Below are positions 9,562 through 18,863 of a DNA stretch of 64,000 nt, in pieces; positions within the stretch are counted from its first letter, which is position 1, and every line of letters starts with the position of its first letter. The notes beneath the pieces were generated by a model, which did no database searches, was not told the origin of the DNA, and saw only the letters and a program-made list of their open reading frames with translations. The stretch is taken from assembly GCA_027593235.1 (NCBI GenBank), contig JAQCIU010000007.1, positions 32,001 through 96,000 of the forward strand, read 5' to 3'. This DNA is from Chloroflexota bacterium. GTDB taxonomy: Bacteria; Chloroflexota; Dehalococcoidia; UBA2979. The position numbers were made by a program, and so were the translations under genes.

Positions 9562-11010
9562 CTACGGCCGAGGTGACGCTTCGGGGTTGCCAGGTCCGCC
9601 GATCGGCAGCCACACGCTGAACGTGGTGCCCGCGTCGCGCGACGACTGCACGTGGACCGAGCCACCGTGTGCCTGCACCAGCTCCTGGACGATCGAGAGT
9701 CCGAGGCCGCTGTGCCGCGACTCCGCGCGCGCCGGATCGACCTGGTAGAAGCGGTCGAACACCGCGGCGAGGCCCTCCTTCGGGATCGGTTCACCGCCGT
9801 TGTTCACCTCGATCGCCGCTTCGTCCTCCAGCGCGTAGGTGCGGATCAGCACCTCGCTGCCGCTCGGCGCGAAGCGGATCGCGTTGTCCACGAGGTTGGC
9901 CAGCACCTGCTCCAGCCGCCGCCCGTCCGCGCGTACCGTCGGGCCATCGAGCACCAGCCGCAGGCTCACCGCCGCCTCGTCCGCCTGGAACCGGAACCGC
10001 GCCGCCGCGTCCGCGACGATTGCGTCCAGCCCCACCCGATCGAGGTTGAGCTGCAACGTGCCCGACTCGAGCTGGGAGAGGTACAGCAGGTCATCGACCA
10101 GCACGCGAATTCGTTCGGTCTCGCCGACGATCACGCCGGACATCTCCGCATAGTCCTCGGGCTTCGTCGCCAGGCCGTCGACCATCGCCTGCCCGAATCC
10201 CTGGATCGAGGTCAGCGGCGTCTTCAGCTCGTGCGAGACGTTGGCGATCAGGTCGCGCATCGCACTGTTGCTTCGCGCCACCTGCGTCGACATCTGGTTG
10301 AACGCCGCCGCGAGGCGGCCGATCTCGTCGTCGCCCTCGCCGCGGATGCGCTGATTGAGGTCACCGCGAGCCATCGCTTGCGACGCCCGCGTCATGTCCC
10401 GCACCGGCGTCGTGATCCGCGCAGCGAACAGGAACGCGAACAGCACCGCCACCACGCCGGCCCCGACACCCGCGATCGTCAACCGCGGTAGCAACGCCGC
10501 CCACGCCGAGTTCACGTCCCCGGCCGGCACAGCCAGCACGAGCTGACTGCCCGGCACCCGCGGGAACGAGATGTCGGACGACGTGGTCGCAACGCGGAAG
10601 AAGTACAGATCGTCATTGTTCATCGTCATGCGGACCGATTGGAACGGAGCGATCTGGCCCACCTCGGCGGGCGCTCCGTCCGGAAGCTCCAACACCTCGC
10701 CGAGCGCCGGGTGTTCCGGATCAGTATCGATCAGCACCTCGTTGTTCGAGTCCAGCATCAGAATGCGAATGTCGTAGTAGGTTGCGAATTCGACGAGCTG
10801 CGTGCTGATCTCCGAGCGTGGCCATTTCTGCAGTTCCATACGCTCGACACTGGAGTTGATCGGACCGACCAGGATGCCGATCCGCTGCTCTGCGGCCTCC
10901 GCCTGTTGCTCACGAAGCAGCAGCACGAACGCGGACGCGGAGAGGAACAGCGTCAGGAGAATGACGATGCCGAACCCGGCGAGCAGCCGGGCCCGGAAGC
11001 TACCCAGCAT
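9562..11010 (-). CDS. HAMP-domain sensor histidine kinase
   Basis: Two TMs, HAMP, SHELKTPL H-box, NLVDNA, GLGL. Confidence 0.95.
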   Translation of the reverse strand: MLGSFRARLLAGFGIVILLTLFLSASAFVLLLREQQAEAAEQRIGILVGPINSSVERMELQKWPRSEISTQLVEFATYYDIRILMLDSNNEVLIDTDPEHPALGEVLELPDGAPAEVGQIAPFQSVRMTMNNDDLYFFRVATTSSDISFPRVPGSQLVLAVPAGDVNSAWAALLPRLTIAGVGAGVVAVLFAFLFAARITTPVRDMTRASQAMARGDLNQRIRGEGDDEIGRLAAAFNQMSTQVARSNSAMRDLIANVSHELKTPLTSIQGFGQAMVDGLATKPEDYAEMSGVIVGETERIRVLVDDLLYLSQLESGTLQLNLDRVGLDAIVADAAARFRFQADEAAVSLRLVLDGPTVRADGRRLEQVLANLVDNAIRFAPSGSEVLIRTYALEDEAAIEVNNGGEPIPKEGLAAVFDRFYQVDPARAESRHSGLGLSIVQELVQAHGGSVHVQSSRDAGTTFSVWLPIGGPGNPEASPRP

Positions 11011-11698
11011 CTCCGGCGGGCACGAACTTGTAGCCCACGCCCCAGACGGTCTCGATCGCGGGCTTGCCGCCCTTGAGCTTGTCCCGCAACCACGCTACGT
11101 GGACGTCGATCGTCCGCGCGTCGCCGTAGAAGTCCTCGCCCCAGACCATCGCCAGCAGCCGCTCGCGGTCCAGCGCCACGTTCGGATGGCGCATGAACGC
11201 CTCGAGAAGATCGAACTCGCGCTGCCGGAGCTTCACCCGTTCGCCCGCCACGTTCACGTCGCGCCCGGCCGGGTCCAACGTCACATCGTTGATCGTCACC
11301 GGACTCGGTCCGTTGTCGCCCTCGATCTTGTCCCACTCGCGCCGGCGCAGCACCGCTTTCACGCGCGCGACCAGTTCACGAGGGTTGAACGGCTTCGTCA
11401 CATAATCGTCCGCCCCCATCTCGAGGCCGACGATCTTGTCGACGTCGTCGGAACGGGCGGTCAGCATGATCACCGGCACATCGGACTGCTTGCGAATCTC
11501 CGTGCACACGTCGAATCCGCCGATCTCCGGCATCATCAGATCCAGCAGCACGAGATCGGGATTCTCGGTCGCGAACCGATCGAGCGCTTCGCGCCCGTTG
11601 CGCGCTACGACGACCTCGTAGCCCTCCTGGCGGAGGTACAGCCGCAGTAGTTTGGTGATGTTCTGTTCGTCATCGGCGACGAGGATTTTGGCGGTCAT
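11000..11698 (-). CDS. OmpR/PhoB-family response regulator
   Basis: Receiver domain DD/LDLMMP/KPF plus winged helix (ETVWGVGYKF). Confidence 0.96.
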   Translation of the reverse strand: MTAKILVADDEQNITKLLRLYLRQEGYEVVVARNGREALDRFATENPDLVLLDLMMPEIGGFDVCTEIRKQSDVPVIMLTARSDDVDKIVGLEMGADDYVTKPFNPRELVARVKAVLRRREWDKIEGDNGPSPVTINDVTLDPAGRDVNVAGERVKLRQREFDLLEAFMRHPNVALDRERLLAMVWGEDFYGDARTIDVHVAWLRDKLKGGKPAIETVWGVGYKFVPAGDAG

Positions 11699-11950
11699 GG
11701 GTACGCCTGGACGGTGGGGGGTGGAGGTCGGGGCCGAGCCAAGTCACCACAAGGGTGACCCCGTCGTCGTTCGCAACCGCTCCCACCACTTGCTCTTTTC
11801 GACGAACGTCGCCGGGTTGGCTCGGCCCCTACAGTCCATAGGATGCCGGAAGCCCATTGGCGCGCCGCTATCCAAGTGTAAACGAACTATGATCTTTACC
11901 CGGCTCCAATTCACCGGAAAAACGCCCTATTTCCGGGGCGATCCCGCCCC

Positions 11951-12184
11951 TTACTGCGGCGGACGCCGCAGCCGCCGAAGCTGATCGGTTCCCACGCTCG
12001 GCCGCACCACCGCTTCGCGGTTCTCGCCGGCCACCTCGGCCAGCAACTCCTCGCGTAGGACCGAGATCGATCGAGGCGCGTCGATGCCGATCTTCACCCG
12101 CTCGCCGTCAATCGACAGCACGCGAACGATCACATCGTTGTTGATCACAATTCCTTGCTCAACCTTGCGCGTCAGAATCAGCAC
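11951..12184 (-). CDS. csrA: Carbon storage regulator CsrA
   Basis: MLILTRK...VKIGIDAP...REEL; C-terminal ENREA extension typical of FliW-partnered CsrA. Confidence 0.93.
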   Translation of the reverse strand: MLILTRKVEQGIVINNDVIVRVLSIDGERVKIGIDAPRSISVLREELLAEVAGENREAVVRPSVGTDQLRRLRRPPQ

Positions 12185-12250
12185 GCTGGGCCTCCTGCCG
12201 CTCGTGCGCTCTGGGGACGGCGCCGAAGCACCGCTCGAGGGCGGTTAATC

Positions 12251-12692
12251 TCAGGCGCTGGCCGCCAGGCCCAGCATGGTGAAAACGGGTCGTCGAAGCG
12301 CGTACTCGGATTCCTGCAGCACCACCTGGCGTGCCAGGTGCGTCCGCCGGCAGAACACGATCGGCGCCAGCAGGTTCGCCGTAATGTCCTCCGGCACCTC
12401 GCGCAGCGTCAGGATGCACCGGACGAACGCGTCCTCCGGGCTCTCCATCCCCAGCTCCTCCGCATCCCGATCGGGAAGCTCGAAGCCAAAGTCAGGCTCG
12501 AAGAGGAACGGCTCCAACAGCGGCAGCGCGATGTCCGGATCCTCGACCGACTGCAGCCACTCCACGGGCGAATCGTTGCCGTCCGGGATCAGCGCGAAGC
12601 GGCGAAGCTGCTCGAACCCACCCAGTGGTGGCTCGAACGCAAACGATGCGCGGGCGGTACCGCGCGGATCTGCTCCGCGACTTCGTGCTCAT
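12251..12692 (-). pseudogene. fliW: Flagellar assembly factor FliW, apparently frameshifted near 12640-12645
   Basis: FAFEPPLGGFEQLRRFAL...EWLQSVEDP...ITANLLAPIV...RQVVL; this frame has no start codon upstream of the GFE motif; true 5' end uncertain. Confidence 0.8.
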
Positions 12693-12937
12693 GCTGGGAT
12701 CGCTTGAGCTCCCGGATGAGGGGATGCTGACGCCGTTGCACCCCCCGTTGGAGGCTGCAAAACCCGCGTTCCGGTCGCCGACCATCTAGCGACGATCGGC
12801 TTGCGGCGCGCTGTCAGGCGACAGCAGGGTCGATCATGTACGGCGGCGGGGCCGCACATGTCCACGGAACTGCGTCGACGACGTTCCTTCGCCCGGGAAC
12901 CGATCCCGAGCCCCAAAGAACCGCCGAGGGTTGAACC

Positions 12938-13150
12938 CTAGAGGCGCAGCTTGCCGTGCGAGGGCTGACGGCGGCGCTGCTTGCCGGCCATCAAACGCTC
13001 TTCTTCTTCAATGTCCTTGGGGTCACAGCGCTCGCTGTCGTGGACAAAGCCACAAGCGATGCAGGTGCCGAACTTCCCGTACCAGTCGTCCTCGATAAGC
13101 ATGAGGCCGCGGCAACGCGGGCAGTTCTTTGGCGGGGCGCTTGAAATCAT
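12938..13150 (-). CDS. Small zinc-ribbon protein (CPRC...CIACG) with acidic then basic tail
   Basis: SD GAGGAG; two CxxC motifs; downstream of riboswitch. Confidence 0.8.
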   Translation of the reverse strand: MISSAPPKNCPRCRGLMLIEDDWYGKFGTCIACGFVHDSERCDPKDIEEEERLMAGKQRRRQPSHGKLRL

Positions 13151-13207
13151 GGCCCGCACTCCTCTGTCTGTCGTGCGTCCGGCGTCCCGCCGGCTGGGCC
13201 TGAATCG

Positions 13208-13335
13208 TCTGCTTCCGGGGTTAGCTGACGGGTTCGGGTCGGTCCAGGTTGACCCGTCCTCCCATTGGAGGATTCACCCCTAGGATTGGTTCCCCCGGTC
13301 TCGACTGTCCTGGCGGGCAGCCGAGATTCAGCAGA
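13208..13335 (-). ncRNA. c-di-AMP riboswitch (ydaO/yuaA leader)
   Basis: Minus strand reads UCUGCUGAAUC...CCGGGGGAACCA...GGGGUGAAUC...CGGGUC...GACCCGAACCCGUCAGCUAACCCCGGAAGCAGA, matching the conserved blocks and pairings of this family. Confidence 0.92.
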
Positions 13336-13393
13336 GCGCTTACGCGCCATAGCACAATTACAAGCGGAATCCGTTCGTGATTGTGCTAACAAG

Positions 13394-13421
13394 AGCATAC
13401 CCCGGCGCCTCGTCATGTCAA
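13394..13421 (-). promoter_or_regulatory. Sigma70-type promoter for the riboswitch transcript
   Basis: TTGACA-N16-TATGCT. Confidence 0.7.
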
Positions 13422-13526
13422 GGTTCGGTAAATGGCGTTTACGCACAGTCTCATCACGGCTGATCGACCGCTGCTTCGATAGGATTAGCCCCTGAATCCC
13501 GCTTGCAGCCGGCGAAAGGTCGCCCC

Positions 13527-14627
13527 GTGTCCGCCCTTCCCGATCCTCGCACGGTCATCCACGACACCGTCACTCGCATCGCTCCGGTCAGCGACCTAGC
13601 CGCGGAAACGGCGCGCGCACGCCACGGTCAGCTCACCAAACCGCCCGGATCGCTGGGCCGACTGGAGGATCTGGCGGTGCGGATCGCGGCGATCCGCGAC
13701 GAACCGCGCCCGCGGCTGGATCGGCGATTGATCGTCGTGGCGGCGGCGGATCATGGCGTGACCGCACGCGGGGTCTCCGCCTACCCGGCGGAGGTAACGG
13801 CGCAGATGGTGGCGAATTTCCTGGCTGGCGGCGCGGCGATCAACGTGCTGGCCGATCACGCGGGAGCGCGCGTGCGTGTGGTGGACGCAGGCGTCGCAAC
13901 CGACACCGGCGACCACCCGGCGCTGGAGACACTGCGACTGGGTCGCGGCACCGCCGATATCACCGCGGGGCCAGCGATGCCGCAAGCGGTGGCGGAACGC
14001 GCGCTGGCCGCCGGGATCGCCATCGTCGAGGACGAACTGGACGCCCGAGGCCTGAACCTCGTGGGGTGTGGGGAGATGGGGATCGGCAACACGACCGCGG
14101 CGGCGGCGATCGTCGCGGCGGTGAGCGGACGACCGCCGATCGCGGTGACCGGGCGCGGGACGGGCATCGACGACGCGACCCACGCGCGCAAGGTGGAGGC
14201 GATCGAAACGGCGTTACGGGTAAATCACCCGGATCCGCTGGACGGTGTGGACCTCCTCGCGAAGATCGGCGGCTTCGAGATCGGGCTGCTGGCGGGCGTT
14301 TATCTCGGCGCGGCCGCGCGGCGGGTGCCGGCGATCGTCGACGGCCTGATCTCGGGGGCGGCCGCGCTGATCGCGGTTGCGATCGAGCCACGGGTGCGCG
14401 ACTACCTGATCGCGTCGCACCGCTCGGTCGAGCCGGGGCACACGGCGACGCTAGAAATACTGGGGCTCGACCCGCTGCTGGAGCTGGACCTGCGGCTCGG
14501 CGAGGGCACTGGCGCGGCGTTGGGGATGACGATCTGTGTCGCCGCCTGCCGCGTGCTGGACGAGATGGCCACGTTCGCGGAGGCCGGCGTCTCCGACTCC
14601 GACACGGTGATCGAACCGGAAGGATGA
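13527..14627 (+). CDS. cobT: Nicotinate-nucleotide-dimethylbenzimidazole phosphoribosyltransferase
   Basis: LTKPPGSLGRLE, AADHGV, GEMGIGNTT, LRLGEGTGA. Confidence 0.96.
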   Translation: MSALPDPRTVIHDTVTRIAPVSDLAAETARARHGQLTKPPGSLGRLEDLAVRIAAIRDEPRPRLDRRLIVVAAADHGVTARGVSAYPAEVTAQMVANFLAGGAAINVLADHAGARVRVVDAGVATDTGDHPALETLRLGRGTADITAGPAMPQAVAERALAAGIAIVEDELDARGLNLVGCGEMGIGNTTAAAAIVAAVSGRPPIAVTGRGTGIDDATHARKVEAIETALRVNHPDPLDGVDLLAKIGGFEIGLLAGVYLGAAARRVPAIVDGLISGAAALIAVAIEPRVRDYLIASHRSVEPGHTATLEILGLDPLLELDLRLGEGTGAALGMTICVAACRVLDEMATFAEAGVSDSDTVIEPEG

Positions 14628-15412
14628 ACGCGATCGGGCGCGTGCTGAGCGGCGCGCCGATCGCCCTCGAATTCCTCACCCCGCTGCGGCTCCGCGCGGT
14701 GCAGCGTCATGACGACCGCGTGTTCGCGGAGGCGGTCGGCTGGTACCCGGCGGTCGGCCTGCTGATCGGCTGCGGGCTGCTCGCGCTGGACCGAGGGCTC
14801 TCCGAACTGCTCCCGCCGGCGCCGACCGCCGCGCTGCTGATTGCGGCGCTGGCGCTCGTTTCGGGCGGGCTCCACCTCGACGGCGTCGCCGACACGGCCG
14901 ACGGTCTGGCGGTACAGGGCGACCGCGAGCGCCGGCTCGCGGTCATGCGCGACAGCACGACAGGGCCGGCCGGCGTGATGGCGCTGGTGTTGGTGCTGTT
15001 GGTCGGCTGGTCCGCGCTCGCCGCGCTGGAGGATCCGTTCCGGTCCGGTGCGCTGGTGCTTGCGCCGGCCCTCGGACGGTGGGCGGTGATCCCGGTTGCC
15101 GCGACCTTCACCCCGGCACGCGCGGGCGGCCTGGGCCAGACGATCCACCGCGGTATCTGGCCGTTCGCCGGGCCATTCGGCACGCTGACAGTCAGCGCGG
15201 CTGCCGTCGCGCTGTTCGGCCTCGGCGGGCTCGTGCTGGTGCTGATCGCGGGCGTTGCCGCGTTGATCGTCGCGGCTGCGGCGGCGCGGCTGCTACGCGG
15301 CGTGAGCGGCGACATCTTTGGCGCGTGCATCGAGGTGGCGCAGGTGGTGAGCTGGCTCGCGATCCTCGCGGCGGCGCAGCGCGACTGGATCGACGCGGCG
15401 CTGCTGGGCTAG
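14624..15412 (+). CDS. cobS: Adenosylcobinamide-GDP ribazoletransferase (cobalamin synthase)
   Basis: GGLHLDGVADTADG, MRDS, GVSGDIFGA; ATGA overlap with cobT. Confidence 0.93.
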   Translation: MNAIGRVLSGAPIALEFLTPLRLRAVQRHDDRVFAEAVGWYPAVGLLIGCGLLALDRGLSELLPPAPTAALLIAALALVSGGLHLDGVADTADGLAVQGDRERRLAVMRDSTTGPAGVMALVLVLLVGWSALAALEDPFRSGALVLAPALGRWAVIPVAATFTPARAGGLGQTIHRGIWPFAGPFGTLTVSAAAVALFGLGGLVLVLIAGVAALIVAAAAARLLRGVSGDIFGACIEVAQVVSWLAILAAAQRDWIDAALLG

Positions 15413-15441
15413 GGCGGCTCGAGGGAAGAGGCAGGGCGGCA

Positions 15442-16002
15442 ATGGGCCAGATCACATTCGTCACCGGTGGCGCGCGCAGCGGGAAGAGCGCCTTCGCAGA
15501 GCAGATCGCGGCGGCGTCTGACCAGCCGGTCACCTACATCGCCACGCTCGAGCCGTTGGACGCGGAGATGCGCGAGCGAATCGCTCGGCATCGCGAGCAG
15601 CGACCGACGGCGTGGCAGACCATCGAGGCGCCTCGAGACGTCGCGGCCGCCTGTAGCGCCGCGCCGAACGACACGACGATCCTGCTCGACTGCCTTTCGC
15701 TCTGGGTGTCGAACCGGCTCCTCGCACTGGGTGACGAACCCAGCCTCGAGGGCGTGCGATCGCTGGAGCAGGCGTTGGATGCCGAGATCGACCAACTGAT
15801 CGGGCTCGCGCGCGGGCGTCCGGGTGCGCTGGTTGTGGTCAGCAACGAGGTCGGCAGCGGCGTGGTGCCGCCCTCGGCGTTGGGCCGCGCGTACCGAGAC
15901 GTGCTGGGGCGCGCGAACCAGCGGGTATCGCTGGCGGCGGACCGCGCGTGGCTCCTCGTGGCCGGGCGCGCCCTCGAGCTGCCGTCGCCCGAAGGACGCT
16001 AG
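15442..16002 (+). CDS. cobU: Adenosylcobinamide kinase / guanylyltransferase
   Basis: GGARSGKS, DCLSLWVSN, SNEVG. Confidence 0.95.
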   Translation: MGQITFVTGGARSGKSAFAEQIAAASDQPVTYIATLEPLDAEMRERIARHREQRPTAWQTIEAPRDVAAACSAAPNDTTILLDCLSLWVSNRLLALGDEPSLEGVRSLEQALDAEIDQLIGLARGRPGALVVVSNEVGSGVVPPSALGRAYRDVLGRANQRVSLAADRAWLLVAGRALELPSPEGR

Positions 16003-16023
16003 CGGGGACGGCTGGCGAACGGA

Positions 16024-16512
16024 CTACGCGCCGGGTTTCACGACCATCAGGTAGGGGAAGACGATCAACAGGATCGTGAGCACGGCCCCGATCGCCTTCA
16101 CCTTCGGCGAAGCGAACTCGGCTTGCAGCTCGGCGCTCGCGGACACCCCGCTCGCGATCAACTCGTCGGCCTTCGCCCGCATCTGCTTGGCGTGGGGCCC
16201 CATCACACCGGTGCCCAGTCCCATCGCGACGAACCAGAGGAGGAACGAGGCGCTCACCCACGCGTCGCTGAACTCGACTCCGGGATGGTCGATGACCAGC
16301 AGGCTGCCGAAGACGATCGCCAACAGCGCTCCGGGAATGGTCAGCACGTATTCGAGCTTGTGCTGCAGATCGGCCGCGACGCGCATCGTGTGGACCGCCG
16401 TGCCGTTACCCGCGTAGATCCCGAGCGCCGTCGCCGCGAGTGACCCACCGGCAATCATGAAGGCACCCGCGATGTGAACGATCAGATACAGCTCGTACGT
16501 GCTCAAGATCAT
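16024..16512 (-). CDS. DUF2269-like four-TM membrane protein
   Basis: VHI in first TM, ends LMVVKP; SD GAGGAGG. Confidence 0.7.
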   Translation of the reverse strand: MILSTYELYLIVHIAGAFMIAGGSLAATALGIYAGNGTAVHTMRVAADLQHKLEYVLTIPGALLAIVFGSLLVIDHPGVEFSDAWVSASFLLWFVAMGLGTGVMGPHAKQMRAKADELIASGVSASAELQAEFASPKVKAIGAVLTILLIVFPYLMVVKPGA

Positions 16513-16560
16513 GCCTCCTCGACCGGCGACCTTGCCGGTCACGCAGCGCACGCTACACCA

Positions 16561-16592
16561 GCAACCCCGGTGGTTGTAGCCACCGGGGTTGC
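16561..16592. repeat. 13-bp perfect inverted repeat (terminator-like hairpin or operator)
   Basis: GCAACCCCGGTGG-N6-CCACCGGGGTTGC between the protease stop and the next gene. Confidence 0.6.
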
Positions 16593-16624
16593 AGTGTGGA
16601 GGTACTTGGGCCGACCCGCGGGGG

Positions 16625-17749
16625 CTAGCCGGCCCAGGTCTGTAACGTTGCGGTCAACTCCAGATCGGAGCCTCCGCGGAGGATGCTGAGCGTCACCTGA
16701 TCGCCCACCTCGTAGCTGTCGATCTCCACGGCGAGTTCCTCGAACGACTCGATCGGGACGCCCTGGATATGGGTGATGATGTCGCCGGCTTGCACGCCAG
16801 CCTCAAGGGCAGCGCCTTGGAGTTGGCCGCCGACGCGGAACCCTCGGGTGACGGGGAGGCCTTCGTCCGCGGCCAGCACTTCGTCGACGGTGGCACCACC
16901 GACGCCAAGCTGGGTGTGTTGGACCACATCGCCGGCGATTAGTTGCGGCAGGAAGCGGAGCGCGGTGTTGGACGGGACGGCAAAGCCGAGCCCAACGCTA
17001 CCGCGGAACCCCTCCGGACCGGCGATCGAGGTATTGATGGCGATGACCTCACCCTTCGCGTTGAAGAGCGGGCCTCCAGAGTTGCCGGGGTTCAGCGCGG
17101 CGTCCGTCTGGATGACGTTGAGGATCCGACGATCCGTGAAACTGGAATCGGTGTAGCGCCCGGTGCCACTGACGATCCCGGTGGTCACGGTGAAGGCGTG
17201 CGAGTAGGGGTCGCCGATGGCAAACACGGCATCACCCACGCGTGCGGCGTCCGAATCGCCCAGCGTCGCCGGGTGGAGCAGCGCGGGATCGAAGTCCGCC
17301 TGAATGACCGCCAGATCGCTGCTCGGATCAGTCCCCAGCACCGTCGCGACCGCAGCGCTACCGTCCGGCAGGTACGCGACGATCCGCGTCCCGGACTGCA
17401 GGGAGTCCTCGATGACATGGAAGTTCGTGAGGATGTGGCCGTCGGTGTCGAGGACCACGCCGGAACCTTCGCTGTTGCCGATGGAGAGCTTGACCACGGA
17501 GGGCATCACCGACGCAACGAGCGTCGGGAGATCATCAAACGATGAGAGTTCGCTGATTGTCACTTCGGTCGCGGAATCATCTGGGGTGCGAACGACCGGT
17601 AGTGAGCCGCCGCTGAGATCGCCCTCGGCGGTTGCGGCGGGCGCGGCCGTTGGCGCGTCACCGTCCACCATCTGGGCGGTCACGAATCCGCCGACGAGCA
17701 TGGACGCGACCACCAGCAGTGCGATCCCGCCTGCACGTAGTCCCGCCAC
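16625..17749 (-). CDS. HtrA/DegP-family serine protease with PDZ domain
   Basis: TNFHV, DLAVI, NPGNSGGPL triad; C-terminal PDZ. Confidence 0.93.
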   Translation of the reverse strand: MAGLRAGGIALLVVASMLVGGFVTAQMVDGDAPTAAPAATAEGDLSGGSLPVVRTPDDSATEVTISELSSFDDLPTLVASVMPSVVKLSIGNSEGSGVVLDTDGHILTNFHVIEDSLQSGTRIVAYLPDGSAAVATVLGTDPSSDLAVIQADFDPALLHPATLGDSDAARVGDAVFAIGDPYSHAFTVTTGIVSGTGRYTDSSFTDRRILNVIQTDAALNPGNSGGPLFNAKGEVIAINTSIAGPEGFRGSVGLGFAVPSNTALRFLPQLIAGDVVQHTQLGVGGATVDEVLAADEGLPVTRGFRVGGQLQGAALEAGVQAGDIITHIQGVPIESFEELAVEIDSYEVGDQVTLSILRGGSDLELTATLQTWAG

Positions 17750-17885
17750 CGCACACCTCCACTGCCAACCGTTCAGTCAGACCATCTTCGGACGCGCGCA
17801 CCAACCCCGCGTCTTCAAAGTGTGAAGGGGCTGCTAAGGCTCCGGGAGCGCGGGGACCCCGATCTGGCGGCGTGCGGACCCGTAG

Positions 17886-18692
17886 CTAGCGGCCGACGAA
17901 GTTGGGGGCGCGCTTCTCGCGGAACGCCAGCGGTCCTTCCTTCGAGTCCTCGGTGGACTGGACGATCGTCATTGCGTGCTGGGCGGCGTTGAGCGCCTCC
18001 ATGAAGGAGAGCGTCTCGCTGCGGCGGACGAGTTGCTTGGCGAGCTGGATCGCGACGGGCGGGCCGGCGGCGAGCTTCAGCGCGTAGGCGCGCGCCTCTT
18101 TCATCAGCGATTCGTGCGGGACGACCTTGAGCACGTAGCCCATCTCCAGCGCCTCAGCCGCGCCGAACATCGTGCCGTTCCAGATCAGATCGAGGGCGCG
18201 CTGCTTGCCGATGAGCCGGGGCAGCAGCCAGCCACCACCGTCGCCGGGAATGAGCGCGACGTTGACGTACGACATCGCGAAGCGCGCCTGCTCCGAGGCG
18301 ATGCGGATGTCCGCCATCGAGACCATGTCCATGCCCGCGCCGACGGCCGCGCCATTGACGGCGGCGATGTACGGCTTGTCGAGGTATTCGAGGGCCTGAG
18401 GCACGCGGTGGACACTGTAGCGGAGGGAGTTGCGGCGCTCGGCCGGGCCTCGATGCTGCTGGAGGGCGTAGTCGTCGTCGCCCTGCGCCTTCAGATCGGC
18501 GCCGGCGCAGAAGGCGCGGCCGGCACCGGTGATCAGCACGACGCGCACATCGTCATCGTCCTGGCAGCGGATCACGGCGTCCGCCCACTCGGTCAGCAAT
18601 GCCTCGCTAAACGCGTTCATCCGCTCGGGACGATTCAGGGTGATCGTGGCGACGCCACTCTCGATCTCGAAGAGAATCGCCTCGTACGCCAT
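17886..18692 (-). CDS. Enoyl-CoA hydratase/isomerase family protein
   Basis: LNRPERMNA, FCAGADL, AAVNGAAVGAG. Confidence 0.92.
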   Translation of the reverse strand: MAYEAILFEIESGVATITLNRPERMNAFSEALLTEWADAVIRCQDDDDVRVVLITGAGRAFCAGADLKAQGDDDYALQQHRGPAERRNSLRYSVHRVPQALEYLDKPYIAAVNGAAVGAGMDMVSMADIRIASEQARFAMSYVNVALIPGDGGGWLLPRLIGKQRALDLIWNGTMFGAAEALEMGYVLKVVPHESLMKEARAYALKLAAGPPVAIQLAKQLVRRSETLSFMEALNAAQHAMTIVQSTEDSKEGPLAFREKRAPNFVGR

Positions 18693-18863
18693 GCCGCCAC
18701 CTCGATCTCAACGTGTGCCCGTGTTCGCTGGTCAGATCGGGAGTGTACGTGCGCGCTGTGGATGACGCGTCCCCGTCGGGAATCCGTCAATTCTGGCCGG
18801 AATGCGGATCATCACGTCCGGCGCTAGTCAGCGGTTGCGTGGAGACAGTACGGTGGCGCATCG

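Noticed and set aside
11730-11829. tmRNA, SRP or 6S RNA
   Set aside because: No T-loop/CCA end or tag frame, no SRP domain IV motif, and too short and branched for 6S.
13350-13388. CIRCE element
   Set aside because: Arms differ from TTAGCACTC and the spacing is 21 nt rather than 9.
13425-13526. Cobalamin riboswitch ahead of cobT
   Set aside because: The region is too short and lacks the GGGAA and B12-box motifs.
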